Of a DNA stretch of 64,000 nucleotides, positions 29,726 through 52,200 are shown one piece after another (position 1 is the first letter of the stretch; every line of letters begins with the position of its first letter). Origin of the DNA: the human T2T-CHM13v2.0 reference genome, Homo sapiens; contig CP068257.2 in NCBI GenBank assembly GCA_009914755.4, forward strand, positions 13,248,001 through 13,312,000, read 5' to 3'. The position numbers and the translations under genes were made by a program. Under the pieces are notes generated by a model. The model worked only from the letters and a program-made list of their open reading frames with translations. It did no database searches and was not told the origin of the DNA.

Positions 29726-32199
29726 GTGCATAAAGGAATAGTAATGACCAAAGAAAAACAGTATTTTCCCACAGAAAAGTTATGTCCTTTCTTCTGTCTG
29801 GTTGTAAGTTTGTTGAACCGAATCAATCTAACCTAGAGTAAAGCTGTGTTTGGACATTTTCACAGGTTTAGTTACATTCAGTTTACTACTGGCTTTACAT
29901 TATGTGAGAATGAGATCAGGAATTTCTCTTCAGTAGTGTGTTGGAATCCTAGCACCAGTGGTACTCTGGAGATTTATTTGTTCTTTTCATCCAGCCTCCA
30001 GTTTTCTGAACCATGGGGCATCTCTTTATTTTTTATTTATAGTCTCGCTACTAGATTTTTGGTCACTGGGGAGTTTTCTTTGCCTTCATGCCAGATTTTC
30101 TGAATTTTAACCTTGGACCTATTAATGACCGATTGTCTAACTTGAATGAATTCACTGAACTTTTTCATCTCATTACTAAAATAGAATAAGAATCACTACT
30201 TCCATGTGTGTTAAGGAGTGACCTAACATTAAACAGCTAACATGCATATAGGAGAAGCATATGTGTTCTAGTTGAACTGCACGTGAAAGTCAAATTTGTT
30301 AAGAAAATAAAATACTCTTTCCAGCTCAATCTGTCTCTATCATTAACATTTTGAATTCAGTACTGTTGAACCAAATGCCAAGTCAGCAACTAATTATATT
30401 TTTCTTCTATAGGTCTATCTTTTTAAAAATAAGACAGTATTAAATCAGCCTGAGTTATTAGAAAGGATAGTGGGAGCACATGATCAAATTAAAAATTACA
30501 TAGATTCCTGAAATAATTTTATTATTTGCAATTTTCTAGTGACCTCCAGAACTTCATGACATGTGATATTTTAATGCAGAAACATACTGAAAGACAGACA
30601 GCATGTAAATTCACAACCTCTGTGTTATAGACTGCATGAAAGGTAGATGAGAAAAGAAAGAAAAAGAAGAGAGAATACCAGGGAGTTAATATTCAGCATC
30701 ACTTTATCAGCCATGCAATGGATTAACATTCATTAATCCAGTATTGTAGCTGAACAGAGTAGCACAGAGAGTTTCTGTACTCTCTCTGTAACTGTGGTTT
30801 AAAAAAAGAAGTTTGCATTGTTGAAATTAACCCATATCCACTGCCAAAAGTACATGATCCAGTGGCTAACATGTAATGATGCTATTTCTAAAAAATGTGT
30901 TGTAATTAAATGTCACAGTCTTGCATATATTTCAGACAACTCAGCACTGAAGTCAAGTCAGGTCACTGATAGAAAGTTATTGGTCAATGATCCCATTAAG
31001 CATGTGAAGTGATGCTCTATATTCAAAACGACTTCATCTTCTCTAAGGATAAAACCACCACCTGATCCCAAAGGGTGTATCCTTGTCCTCATGAGAACTC
31101 CATTAAAAATTAATATCTCCACCAATTACAGTAAGCTGGAAGGAGATTCTACTTTTATTGTGGTGAAACTTTTTATAATGAGAACATTGCTAGGAAAAAA
31201 TATCTCAACTAAGAAGAGTATAAGGTCAAAAAAAGAATTGAAAGCACTTTCCCTTTACCTTATTGTCTCACAATAAGACCTAAGAAAATATGTGTGGTCC
31301 AAGATTGCTTGTGATATATACCTTACTCTGACCATATTTGTAAATTCTTGTACTGAAGGCTAAATAAATTCATGAATTGAAATGTTCCTCCTGAGCTTGG
31401 AACAAATATATTTCACGTTTGTAAGTTCTTCTCATAAGGATGATTTTTGAAATTTCATAGACTAAACATACATTTATATCTTCCCTCTCACTCCAAATCA
31501 CACAGAGTAAAATATTTTATGCCTATTAAAAGTACAAGCAATGAACCACAAATTTTGTGAATTTCAGAGAGACAGACAGCATATACAATCATGCCTTTAG
31601 CAAAATAAAACTGAATGAAACTATAGGCTAGAATACACCTAGAAGAAGCCTGTTGTTGAAGGGGGAGGTTTGAAAGTCCCCAAGTCCAGTATTAGAAGTT
31701 TTAAAAATTAAGACAGAACCCTCAAACATTTAAAGAGTAATTAGTTGGAAGGCTCCTTTTGGAATAGCAGACGAGTTGATTTCTTTCTTTCCTGTCTTTT
31801 GCACTATGTGGGCTTTAACAACTGGCTAGAGAAGAATATTGATGTTGGAGAAGACTTACAGTGCTAGGTAGCTACTCACTTCCAGGAGTGATGAGAACTT
31901 CCACATTTGAAAGATAAGCTTCCATTCCAAATGTTTCCCCCATTTGTTGGGGATAGATTCTGGTAATGCAAAGAACAAGTAAGCGGTGACTCTCAAATAC
32001 AAAGCTATAGGCAGCCAAGATGTGCTAAACATTTTACAAAAGTCAGTAATAGAGAAGCTAGGCATTAACAAAAAGAAGAATGACCACCCCCTTCTTAGAA
32101 AGAGTTAATAAAGTTAACAAAAAGACTTAGAATAAATATGAATAGTTGAAAGACTTGAAAGAACATTTCCTTTATGTAGAAGTATCTGCTACAAAATTT

Positions 32200-33150
32200 A
32201 ATTTTAAAAATTCTATCTTCTCAGAATTAAAAAAATAAGAAAATTTCAATAGGTAGGCAATAATAGCAGCAATACATACTTTATGGTGAATTAGTGAGTT
32301 GAAAGATTGAGCTGAAACATTTTCACATGGAATAGAACAGATGGACAAAAGAAAGGAAATTATAAGTGCAGAGTTAAATGACATGAAGAGTATTATCTTG
32401 ATATTCCCAAATCTAGATTATAGGAATTCCAGACTGAAAGAAATGAGAAAATGCAAGGATGTATATAATCAAATAAATATCAACCCAAAAAAATCCTCAG
32501 GTCTGGAGAAAGCATAAATCTTCAAATTAAAAGTGCTAAGCCAGATTTTATAAGAGCCAAAGCTACATGCATCATTGTGAAATTTCAGAATTTCAAGGAT
32601 AAACTCAGAGAAAAACAACTTGAAAAAAAAATCAAACTCTGAAAAGTCAGCCTGCCATCAGCATAACTCCTCATAAAGACAACTCAGTACTAGAAGTCAT
32701 TAACATCTTCCAAATTAAAGGGGGTGATGATTTTCAACCTACAATCCCATACCTAGCCAAACTAGCATTTGAGTGAAAGAGATTCTAAATACATATTCAG
32801 ACAAGAAAAGCCTCCAGCTAAGCAATCTCTGAAAGAATTACTTGAGGATACACAGCAAAAAATAAGTAACGAATCCAGAAAAGGACATCACGTGGTCCTA
32901 AATATACAAAAGTGTAATAAGCAAATTCATACTAAAACCTAAATAATTGTTGATGTGCAACACTAAACCAAAACATAATAAACACTTGGAACAAAAATTC
33001 CACATAAACTCAGTATGAAATATGGTAGAATTAATGAAGAGGAAAAAATCAAAGGTGAGAGAAGATTTTTACTTTTTGGGAAATGGAAGCAGATAATCAT
33101 TAATCTTAAATATCAATAGAACAATACAAATTTTTAAAAATGTGTTAAAA
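32200..33150 (+). mobile_element. Ancient L1 or HAL1-like fragment, plus orientation, carrying degenerate ORF1 C-terminal-domain coding sequence
   Basis: The plus-strand translation around 32520-32640 gives ..KSAKPDFIRAKATCIIVKFQNFKDKLREKQLEKK.. resembling L1 ORF1 (..PRHIIVKLSKVKDKERILKAAREKQ..); the surroundings are A-rich L1M-like sequence. Boundaries are uncertain. Confidence 0.45.
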
Positions 33151-34280
33151 ATGTAAGAGTAAGTATTAGAAGTGTAAGATCTATATCTTCTAAATCATAG
33201 TATTAAAAAATGGATCTTAGAAAAACATCCAAATTTGAAAGGATCATGCTTCCAGGCTTTCTCTTGTGCCTTTGTGGTGGTTGCCAAATACATTTATTTT
33301 CTGCCAAGAATGCACTACCTCTGCTAAAGTGTTTTCTAGCTATTTGTCTATTAGTATATTATTTTGCAATATATGCTATATCTTGCCACAATGCCAAGAA
33401 TTCTCCGACAATCTACAATTCTCTGAAGTTAAAGAAGATTATTAGATCTATCCATTACAGGCTGTCACATGTCTTCAACTTCTTCAAGCTAAGTTCAATC
33501 GCTGGCTCCACTGCAGTGCACAAAAAGCTCTAAAAAGCTCCAATTCAAGCCATAATTGGAGGTTTGGGCTCCAGCACAGTTGTCCAGATTTTCCAAATGT
33601 CCAGCTTGTGCATTCTGGTATAAATTCCAGAATGAAAAACATTCCACTGGATGAGGAATGTATCATAATGTGCAGAAACTAGTTTCTAGTCCATTTAGAC
33701 ACAAAAACAAGCTCGGAAGAGGAAAATCACAATCAGTTTCATTAGCATCAAATCATAAAACACAGCCATTTACAAAACTAGCTTCTCTCTCTTCCATTGG
33801 TCCAAAGAAGTATCCTGGGACAAGAGTGGTCTTGAAAAAAAAACCTAACCCTTCGGGATACCCAGAGATATTATTCATTTAAGTACATTGTATCTGGAGT
33901 TTTTTTTTTAAACTCATTGACATAATTCAAATTAATTTTTAAAAGTTCTCGGCTACTTCACACATACGCTATTGAAGCTATCGTCACACCATTATTGATA
34001 TTTTAATACATTTAACTGTTAGCTAACTGAATATTCACAGATATTATTAATACATACAACATGGGTGGCAAAACTTGTTTTTCCAGTCTCTTTATAACTT
34101 GCCTCATTTGTCATCAAATCCATGTGGAGTGAAAAATAAAAGCTCCCCAATCGATTTAATTTAATAAAGCTAAGAAATAGGTGGTGTCTTCCCGGGACTG
34201 TGTTGATGAAATTGACCCAACACTCAGTTCTAGCATTTCCTCTCCGAGAAGAGCTTAACTTTACTTAATAAGACAGAGAG

Positions 34281-35185
34281 GGGGAGGAGCCAAGATGGCC
34301 GAATAGGAACAGCTCCGGTCTACAGCTCCCAGAGTGAGCGACGCAGAAGACGGGTGATTTCTGCATTTCCATCTGAGGTACCGGGTTCATCTCACTAGGG
34401 AGTGCCAGACAGTGGGCGCAGGCCAGTGGGTGTGCGCACCGTGCGCGAGCCGAAGCAGGGCGAGGCATTGCCTCACCTGGGAAGCGCAAGGGGTCAGGGA
34501 GTTCCCTTTCCGAGTCAAAGAAAGGGGTGATGGACGCACCTGGAAAATCGGGTCACTCCCACCCGAATACTGCGCTTTTCAGACCGGCTTAAAAAACGGG
34601 GCACCATGAGACTATATCCCACACCTGGCTCGGAGGGTCCTACGCCCACGGAATCTCGCTGATTGCTAGCACAGCAGTCTGAGATCAAACTGCAAGGCAG
34701 CAGCTAGGCTGGGGGAGGGGAGCCCGCCATTGCCCAGGCTTGCTTAGGTAAACAAAGCAGCCGGGAAGCTCGAACTGGGTGGAGCCCACCACAGCTCAAG
34801 GAGGCCTGCCTGCCTCTGTAGGCTCCACCTCTGGGGGCAGGGCACAGACAAACAAAAAGACAGCAGTAACCTCTGCAGACTTAAATGTCCCTGTCTGACA
34901 GCTTTGAAGAGAGCAGTGGTTCTCCCAGCACGCAGCTGGAGATCTGAGAATGGGCAGACTACCTCCTCAAGTGGGTCCCTGACCCCTGACCCCCGAGCAG
35001 CCTAACTGGGAGGCACCCCCCAGCAGGGGCACACTGACACCTCACACGGCAGGGTATTCCAACAGACCTGCAGCTGAGGGTCCTGTCTGTTAGAAGGAAA
35101 ACTAACAAACAGAAAGGACATCCACACCAAAAACCCATCTGTACATCACCATCATCAAAGACCAAAAGTAGATAAAACCACAAAG
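34281..35185 (+). promoter_or_regulatory. L1 5'UTR internal RNA polymerase II promoter: YY1 box caagatggccg at 34291-34301, CpG-rich sense promoter, and the known antisense promoter region at roughly 34680-34880 reading leftwards
   Basis: Near-consensus L1PA2/L1HS-type 5'UTR (~905 bp). Function is inferred from established L1 biology, not visible in the sequence itself. Confidence 0.65.
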
Positions 35186-36202
35186 ATGGGGAAAAAACAG
35201 AACAGAAAAACTGGAAACTCTAAAATGCAGAGCGCCTCTCCTCCTCCAAAGGAACGCAGTTCCTCACCAGCAACGGATCAAAGCTGGATGGAGAATGACT
35301 TTGACGAGCTGAGAGAAGAAGGTTTCAGACGATCAAATTACTCTGAGCTACGGGAGGACATTCAAACCAAAGGCAAAGAAGTTGAAAACTTTGAAAAAAA
35401 TTTAGAAGAATGTATAACTAGAATAACCAATACAGAGAAGTGCTTAAAGGAGCTGATGGAGCTGAAAACCAAGGCTCGAGAACTACGTGAAGAATGCAGA
35501 AGCCTCAGGAGCCGATGCGATCAACTGGAAGAAAGGGTATCAGCAATGGAAGATGAAATGAATGAAATGAAGCAAGAAGGGAAGGTTAGAGAAAAAAGAA
35601 TACAAAGAAATGAGCAAAGCCTCTAAGAAATATGGGACTATGTGAAAAGACCAAATCTACGTCTGATTGGTGTACCTGAAAATGATGCAGAGAATGGAAC
35701 CAAGTTGGAAAACACTCTACAGGATATTATCCAGGAGAACTTCCCCAATCTAGCAAGGCAGGCCAACGTTCAGATTCAGGAAATACAGAGAACGCCACAA
35801 AGATACTCCTCGAGAAGAGCAACTCCAAGACACATAATTGTCAGATTCACCAAGGTTGAAATGAAGGAAAAAATGTTAAGGGCAGCCAGAGAGAAAGGTC
35901 GGTTTACCCTCAAAGGGAAGCCCATCAGACTAACAGCGGATCTCTCGGCAGAAACCCTACAAGCCAGAAGAGAGTGGGGGCCAATATTCAACATTCTTAA
36001 AGAAAAGAATTTTCAACCCAGAATTTCATTTCCAGCCAAACTAAGCTTCATAAGTGAAGGAGAAATAAAATACTTTACAGACAAGCAAATGCTGAGAGAT
36101 TTTGTCACCACCAGGCCTGCCCTAAAAGAGCTCCTGAAGGAAGCGCTAAACATGGAAAGGAACAACCGGTACCAGCCACTGCAAAATCATGCCAAAATGT
36201 AA
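35186..36202 (+). pseudogene. L1 ORF1 (ORF1p, RNA-binding chaperone) interrupted by one in-frame nonsense codon (TAA at 35624-35626, CAA in the consensus); otherwise full length and in frame
   Basis: ORF track entries 35186..35626 and 35642..36202 are in the same frame. The peptide matches ORF1p end to end (..RIQRNEQSL*EIWDYVKRPNLRLIGVPENDAENGTKLENTLQDIIQENFPNLARQANVQIQEIQRTPQRYSSRRATPRHIIVRFTKVEMKEKMLRAAREKGRFTLKGKPIRLTADLSAETLQARREWGPIFNILKEKNFQPRISFPAKLSFISEGEIKYFTDKQMLRDFVTTRPALKELLKEALNMERNNRYQPLQNHAKM). Confidence 0.95.
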
Positions 36203-36265
36203 AGACCATTGAGACTAGGAAGAAACTGCATCAACTAACGAGCAAAATCACCAGCTAACATCATA

Positions 36266-40092
<3,827 letters not shown>

Positions 40093-40969
40093 ACAATGAG
40101 ATCACATGGTCACAGGAAGGGGAATATCACACTCTGGGGACTGTGGTGGGGTGGGGGGAGGGGGGAGGGGTAGCATTGGGAGATATACCTAATGCTAGAT
40201 GACGAGTTAGTGGGTGCAGCGCACCAGCATGGCACATGTATACATATGTAACTAACCTGCACAATGTGCACATGTACCCTAAAACTTAAAGTATAATAAT
40301 AAAAAAAAAAAAGACAGAGAAACACAACTTGCATGAACAAGCAAATACTCAGTTTGATTCAACAGTAAGAGAAACCTCCTGTAATAGAAGGTTCTTTATA
40401 TGTGGAATCCAGGCCTTGAGAAAAAGGAGGTAAGGTTGGAAACTGAGTTGCTGATACTTCTAGCAAGACCCTTTTAATGTGCCCGAATATTTACTCTACT
40501 AACAATAGCAAACGAGAGAACAAGAGCGTATAGGTAGTAGTGCTGCCTAATATAATGGGGTGACATGAGGACTTGGGTGTGTGCTTTCTGTCAGAGAAGC
40601 CCAGGGAATAGGAGTTTCAGCATTATATCTCAGACAACAGCAAACTTTGAGATCCCTTGCTGTACAGAGAAGGAAAGCAGAAACTCTATAGTAAGGCCTA
40701 ATAATTTGTGGTGTAAGCCAATAGTACATAATAAATGTATCCTTTATCAGAGCTCTATGATGGAAAGATGAGAATGTTTGAGAAAAAATAAATGAATACA
40801 TTTGGGAATTTATATTTTCTTTTGTCTCAGACACTGGATCTATCATGTGCACAGGGACACACGCATGCATACTCACACACATACAAACACAAGAATGCCT
40901 CATTAATATCTACCTGCATGCAAATCTATATTGTACAAATCCTGGTGATTACTTAAAAATAGCAATTAC

Positions 40970-41057
40970 TCAGATTTCACTATGTGCCAGATACCATTCT
41001 AAGTGATTTAGGTATATTAACTCAATCTTTACAACAACCTTATCATGATCCTCAATT
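40970..41057 (-). mobile_element. MIR fragment, minus orientation: the left part of a MIR that was split by the later Alu and L1 insertions
   Basis: cactatgtgccagataccattctaagtgatttaggtatattaactcaatctttacaacaaccttatcatgatcc matches the reverse-complemented MIR 3' region (tgtgccaggcactgttctaagcgctttacatgtattaactcatttaatcctcacaacaaccctatgaggtagg). Confidence 0.6.
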
Positions 41058-41288
41058 ATTTTTTATTTATTTTATTTTATTTTTATTATACTTTAAGTTC
41101 TAGGGTACCTGTGCACAACATGCAGATTTGTTACATATGTATACATGTGCCATGTTGGTGTGCTGCACCCATTCACTCGTCATTTACATTAGGTATATCT
41201 CCTAATGCTATCCCTCCCCACTTCCCCCACCCCACGACAGGCCCCGGTGTGTGATGTTCGCCTTCCTGTATCCAAGTGTTCTCATTGT

Positions 41289-45083
<3,795 letters not shown>

Positions 45084-45146
45084 TATGATGTTAGCTGGTT
45101 ATTTTGCTCGTTAGTTGATGCAGTTTCTTCCTAGCATCGATGGTCT

Positions 45147-46163
45147 TTACAATTTGGCATGTTTTTGCAGTGGATGGTACCGGTTGTTCCTTTCCATGTT
45201 TAGTGCTTCCTTCAGGAGCTCTTGTAGGGCAGGCCTGGTGGTGACAAAATCTGTCAGCATTTGCTTGTCTGTAAAGGATTTTATTTCTCCTTCACTTATG
45301 AAGCTTAGTTTGGCTGGATATGAAATTCTGGGTTGAAAACTCTTTTCTTTAAGAATGTTGAATATTGGCCCCCACTCTCTTCTGGCTTATAGAGTTTCTG
45401 CCGAGATCCACGGTTCGTCTGATGGGCTTCCCTTTGTGGGTAACCCGACCTTTCTCTCTGGCTGCCTTAAAATTTTTTCCTTCATTTCAACTTTGGTGAA
45501 TCTGACAATTATGTGTTTTGGAGTTGCTCTTCTCGAGGAGTATCTTTGTGGTGTTCTCTGTATTTCCTGAATTTGAATGTTGGCCTGCCTTGCTAGGTTG
45601 GGGATGTTCTCCTGGATAATGTCCTGCAGAGTGTTTTCCAACTTGGTTCCATTCTCCCCGTCACTTTCAGGTACACCAATCAGACATAGATTTGGTCTTT
45701 TCACATAGTCCCATATTTCTTGGAGGCTTTATTCGTTTCTTTTTACTCTGTTTTCTCTAAACTTCTCTTCTCACTTCATTTCATTCATTTGATCTTCCAT
45801 CACTGATACCCTTTCTTCCAGTTGATCAAATCGGCTACTGAAGCTTGTGCATGTTTCATGTAGTTCTCGTGCCATGGTTTTCAGCTCCATCAGGTCCTTT
45901 AAGGACTTCTCTACACTGGTTATTCCAGTTAGTCATTCATCTAATCTTTTTTCAAGGCTTTAAGCTTCTTTGCGATGGGTTCGAACTTCCTCCTTTAGCT
46001 CGGAGAAGTTTAATCATCTGAAGCCTTCTTCTCTCAACTCGTCAGTCATTCCCCATCCAGCTTTGTTCTGTTGCTGGCAAGGAGGTGTGTTCGTTTGGAG
46101 GGGGAGAGGTGCTCTGATTCTTGGAATTTTCAGCTTTTCTGCTCTGTTTTTTCCCCATCTTTG
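45147..46163 (-). pseudogene. ORF1 of the minus-strand L1PA, frameshifted
   Basis: Minus-strand ORF 45387..45704 reads MKRPNLCLIGVPESDGENGTKLENTLQDIIQENIPNLARQANIQIQEIQRTPQRYSSRRATPKHIIVRFTKVEMKEKILR..; the ATG reverse complement (ctgttttttccccat) is at ~46149-46163. Confidence 0.8.
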
Positions 46164-47457
<1,294 letters not shown>

Positions 47458-47600
47458 CATGATTCCCATTTTTTAGGCAACAAAACTAAGGCTCAAAGTG
47501 GTTAAGTCACTTATTCAAGTTCATACAACCAATAAGTAGAAAGTCAAGCTTTCTACTCAGAAGGCAGCCTCCAGGGTCTATACTCATGCCCACTATAATC
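47458..47600 (-). mobile_element. MIR fragment, minus orientation: the right part of the MIR split by the Alu + L1 insertion
   Basis: catgattcccattttttaggcaacaaaactaaggctcaaagtggttaagtcacttattcaagttcatacaaccaataagtagaaagtc matches the reverse-complemented MIR (..ccccattttacagatgaggaaactgaggcacagagaggttaagtaacttgcccaaggtcacacagctagtaagtggcagagc). Confidence 0.55.
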
Positions 47601-48044
47601 TAAAAATCTCTCAGTATGAGAAACTTCTTCTAACCAAGATTGTGAAGTGACAGAAACATACTTCATACTTTTTTCCTCTTGGTAGTGGACCAGAATTAAG
47701 ACTGGGCTTTTCCTGTAATGGGCACCATTTCAGTGCCACAGTAACAGCCAGGATGTGGATTTCTACCTTCCTTCTTAGAGAGGGTGAGGACACTTCTGCA
47801 ATAATGGGACATGTCTGCATGAGATGCGTATTATTTTTGCTAGGTTGCACCATTGAAACAGGTTCTGAAAACAAGGAAGATCAGTGCCAAGATCCGTTTA
47901 AATTTCTATATATTCATCTGATTTAATCCTTAAAACTGTATCTGTCCTGCTGGAAAATTAGCTAATCAACTTAAGAGACTCCTCCCATCCCCTCTTCTCT
48001 TCTCAACCAACTCTAACTCTGTGGTTAAGTATGAAGCACAGAAG

Positions 48045-48160
48045 GTTAAAAATCCTGGATTCTTTCCCTAGGTCTGCTACTGCATGACCTAGGTCAAATC
48101 ATTTAACCATCCCGTGCCTCAGCTTCATCATCTGTACATTATAGACTTCTTCCAGATCGA
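48045..48160 (+). mobile_element. MIR SINE fragment
   Basis: ctgctactgcatgacctaggtcaaatcatttaaccatcccgtgcctcagcttcatcatctgtacattat versus the MIR core. Confidence 0.6.
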
Positions 48161-48865
48161 AAACTCTGATATTCTAGCTCACTGCATTCTGTGTGGACAT
48201 TTCTATAAATTCCATGAATATTCTAACAGAATAAGAAAAACTTCATGAGAATAGGGACCATAATCATCTTAAACACCATTGCACATGCAAAACTTAGCAT
48301 TTAATATGTGACCTTTAAATATTTGTTGAAATTCAGAAATGTAAAAATATTCCACAAATGTAAACACACAAAAACAAAAACTAAATGTCTCAGAAAGAAG
48401 CCCTACATTTGGATCAGTAAATGGGGGAATAGCCAGACATATTTAATGTATAATTTAGACATTTTTGGAGAAAGACCTGCTAATGAGCCCCTTCTTTCAG
48501 AGATTTAACTTTTCAAAGCTTGCAAAAACATTTTCTCCTCCTGCAGTTTTAAATGTAATTCATTATAAGCTGAAAGTTGTCAATAAATGTATCTAATGCA
48601 CATAAGAAAAGTGCTATTACAGCATCATTGTCCTTACTCCTATAGCCCAGCCTCACCTAATATAATGGAAAACTAAAATGCTATCTAGACTTATGCATTA
48701 TCTTGTCAGGAAGCACCTTTGTCTCACTGGTACCTGTACTTCGTAGCACGTCACCCAATTTGATATGCCAACATTAAACTTGGGCACACATACATATTCA
48801 CATTTAATAGTATCTTTATCTTGGGAATTCAAAATAACCAATTATGGAATGCTATGGAATCTTGA

Positions 48866-49224
<359 letters not shown>

Positions 49225-52200
49225 AGCAAATTTTTAATTTTCTATTTCATTTTATTTTTTAGTTTGGAAAGGAGAGCTTTATTTCCTATAAAGGGTTGCA
49301 GCCTGCAGGGTGGCCATCCTTGGCAGATATTTTGAAACTGAAATTATTAACTTGAGTTTATTAATAACTTGGTGATAATGGCCAGGGGCTCCATTAAGTT
49401 GTACCTAAGGGGAAAAGATAGTGAAGAGGCAAAATTAAGAGGCTGCTATAGTCATGCTCTCATGAAACTTGCAATCTACTCTTTGAGCCAGAAATAATAC
49501 AGAGAGAGGTAGAACAGGATAAACGTGGTTATGCAGTGCTCATTTCATTGAAGCACAGGGAAAATAAATAATTTAAATGAGCTGGGTAGGTTTAAATAAA
49601 AAAGGTATAAAGAAGTGGTTCTTGAGTTTTTCCTTGGATAGGAGAAGCCAAATAAGAAAGACATAAGGTTGACAGTGGGAGTGGTATTGGGGTAGGTGAA
49701 AGGCAGAACCTCAATTCCACCATAAATGGTGATAAAATGTAAGTCCATCAGTTACATAGTAAAGAAAAATTATGGCAAAGTTTTATACCAGCCCTTAAGG
49801 AAGCTAAGCTGCAGAAAAGATACAGAGAAGACAAATCATATTTCACCTAATATGTCCTAAAACACTTTACAGCTTTTAGGGGCACAGTTGAAGACCATTG
49901 ATCTAATCCAATGTTTTCATTTTAATCATGAGAAAACTGAGTCCCAAAGATGTTAACTGATTCCTCTAAGGTCACGTGGTAGCTTTAATGGCCAAGACAG
50001 GACTGGAATCTAGATCATTCTATTACATCACTGCATTTCCTGAGTTTCATTTTAGCATGAATATTCTCCCTTGCCACATACTTATCATAAAATAACAAGA
50101 TCCCATTATTCTCATCCTGACCTTACTGTGTCCATGTCTGCCTGAGTTGCTAATAAATAACAAAAGTTGTTTCCAGATTTGAATAGGCCCTAGTAGAGAA
50201 TAGTGCTTAGAGATGTATCAGCAAACTCACAGGGGGTAGGGGTAGGGATTGGACAAGAAGAAGTCAGTGTTTACACAATTGAGCATAGCTTTTACTGTTG
50301 ACTGGACAGCTGTTCCGTCTAGAGCTTCTTAACCCAGAAAATTACTCAATTATCAAAAGGGCACATTGATTCACCAGCTGTACATTGCTAAGACTTTCTA
50401 ATATTTAAAAGTCATAAAGGTTACCACACTTCAAAAGATGTTATTGAATGTTACTATTGCTTCACAGAAATTGATCTGTCACTATTTATTCAACTATTCA
50501 TTCAGTTGAACTCAGTGAAGAGAACCTCACTGCACTGTAAATATTTAAATGGCTCTTGTTGGAGACAAAGTGAATAAGCCTAAGTAGGCTGGGAGCAGCA
50601 CTGGCTCAATCTGAGAACAAATATTCCGAATAAAGAGCCCAACTTTGCATCCAGGATGCCAGCCTCAAGCAGCTCTATTATCAAGAACACCTTCCAAGTT
50701 CACATTGTCTGTGCTTGAGACATACGGATGTCCCATTTTAAACTTAACAAATAAAAGTACTAAGAAAGTGGTGAGAGGAGTGTAGAGGAAAATAATAAAC
50801 TCCTAATTCTTCCTAAATCTGAAGCATTAGGAAATAAAGTAACAAACCAGTTTTCCTTTCTGACCTCAAGCAAATGATTGACTTTAGAGCCCACAATGAC
50901 CTGCTTAGAGCTATTTAGAGTGTCAAGGGCCACCTAGTTTCATGTCGTTGAACAGGTAACAAAGCGCAGGAAAGGAGAGGCTTGGGTACTGGGGGATAAA
51001 GTTTGTATCAAATTGCATCCTGAAATCTCAGCCTTTTCCAAACAAATGTAAATACTTAGCTGCATCTGAATCATTCATTTTGAAAACCCAACAGACCTTT
51101 TCCTGCGCAAGCAGGAGAGATTAAAGCAACAATACCAGATGCTTTGCTCAACTGATTTCCTAGATTGAGCTGACAAAACTATTCTTGTAGAAATCTAGTC
51201 TTGCCTCCTTTCACTTACAGAACTGAAATGCCTCTGTAGGTTATGGAGCAAAAGAAACCCAGTGGAAGGGCTAGAGAAATCCTACTAGAGGTGACATACC
51301 TAGAGCTGAAAGGTCTGAGTTAGGACCACATATTGATTGGCTTTATTGATGGTATGATAATTTTCAGGTTTAGTTTAGCTCTTCATCTGCCCATGACCAA
51401 CTTTACCTGTGACTGTGGCTCTTCACCACACTGCCACCAACCCACTTGGCCTTCATGTGGTTACACAAATGGAATGGAAGGTCCTAGGTTTTCTTTAACT
51501 GTATTCACTTACTCATTTATTAAATCACTGAATCTCTTACTCTTGCATCCCCATTTATTCAGCCAACAAGCCTTAATGAGTAGAAAAGGCAGGCATGATG
51601 CTATAATGGAGATGAGAAAGATAAAACGCTTTGCACAGCTAGGTGGTACTTGCCTTGCCAGAGATGGAGAAGGAGACTGGGGGCAGACTGGACTATCTGT
51701 AACTTTGGTTAGGAGAGCTGGAAGCCTCCACTGGATCACTGGCCTTGAGAAGTGGTAGAGGAACAAGACAGGAATTAATCAGGAGGAAGGGGCATTCCAC
51801 ATAGAGGGAATGGTAGCTATGAAGGCAAATAAGCACTGAAGGTCTTGCTATGCTTGGGGAAGGGTGGAAAGTTCCATATGCCTGGAGAGTAGGCAGAGAT
51901 GAAAGGAAAGGCACAAGGAGTGGCCAGGGGGTTGAAAGAATTAAGACTGGTGAAATAAGTCACCGTCTAAGGGTGATATGTTTTCACCTCCATCACTCCT
52001 CTGAAACTGCTTTTGCCAAAATTACCAATAAACCTTATTACAACGGAATACATGGGTAATTTTCAGGCCTCATTTTACTTATCATCTAGGCTAGTATTGT
52101 ACCAAAGGGTGGGAGATGAGAGTTCACGTCAGGTGCAGGCAACAGGGAGTACATTGTCCCCAAACGATTTAAAGACAGTAATAAAAACTGACAAAAATTG

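Noticed and set aside
49240-49760. Possible degenerate L2/MIR-like sequence (..tgctctcatgaaacttgcaatctactctttgagccagaaataatacagagagagg..)
   Set aside because: The resemblance to the L2/MIR 3'-region consensus is too weak to call by eye. It would need RepeatMasker.
51333-51758. 141-aa plus-strand ORF (MIGFIDGMIIFRFSLALHLPMTNFTCDCGSSPH...)
   Set aside because: No recognisable protein similarity. The region (51480-51620) weakly resembles an L2/MIR-type 3' end in reverse orientation (ttcacttactcatttattaaatcactgaatctc...), so the ORF is more likely chance or TE-derived. Left unannotated.
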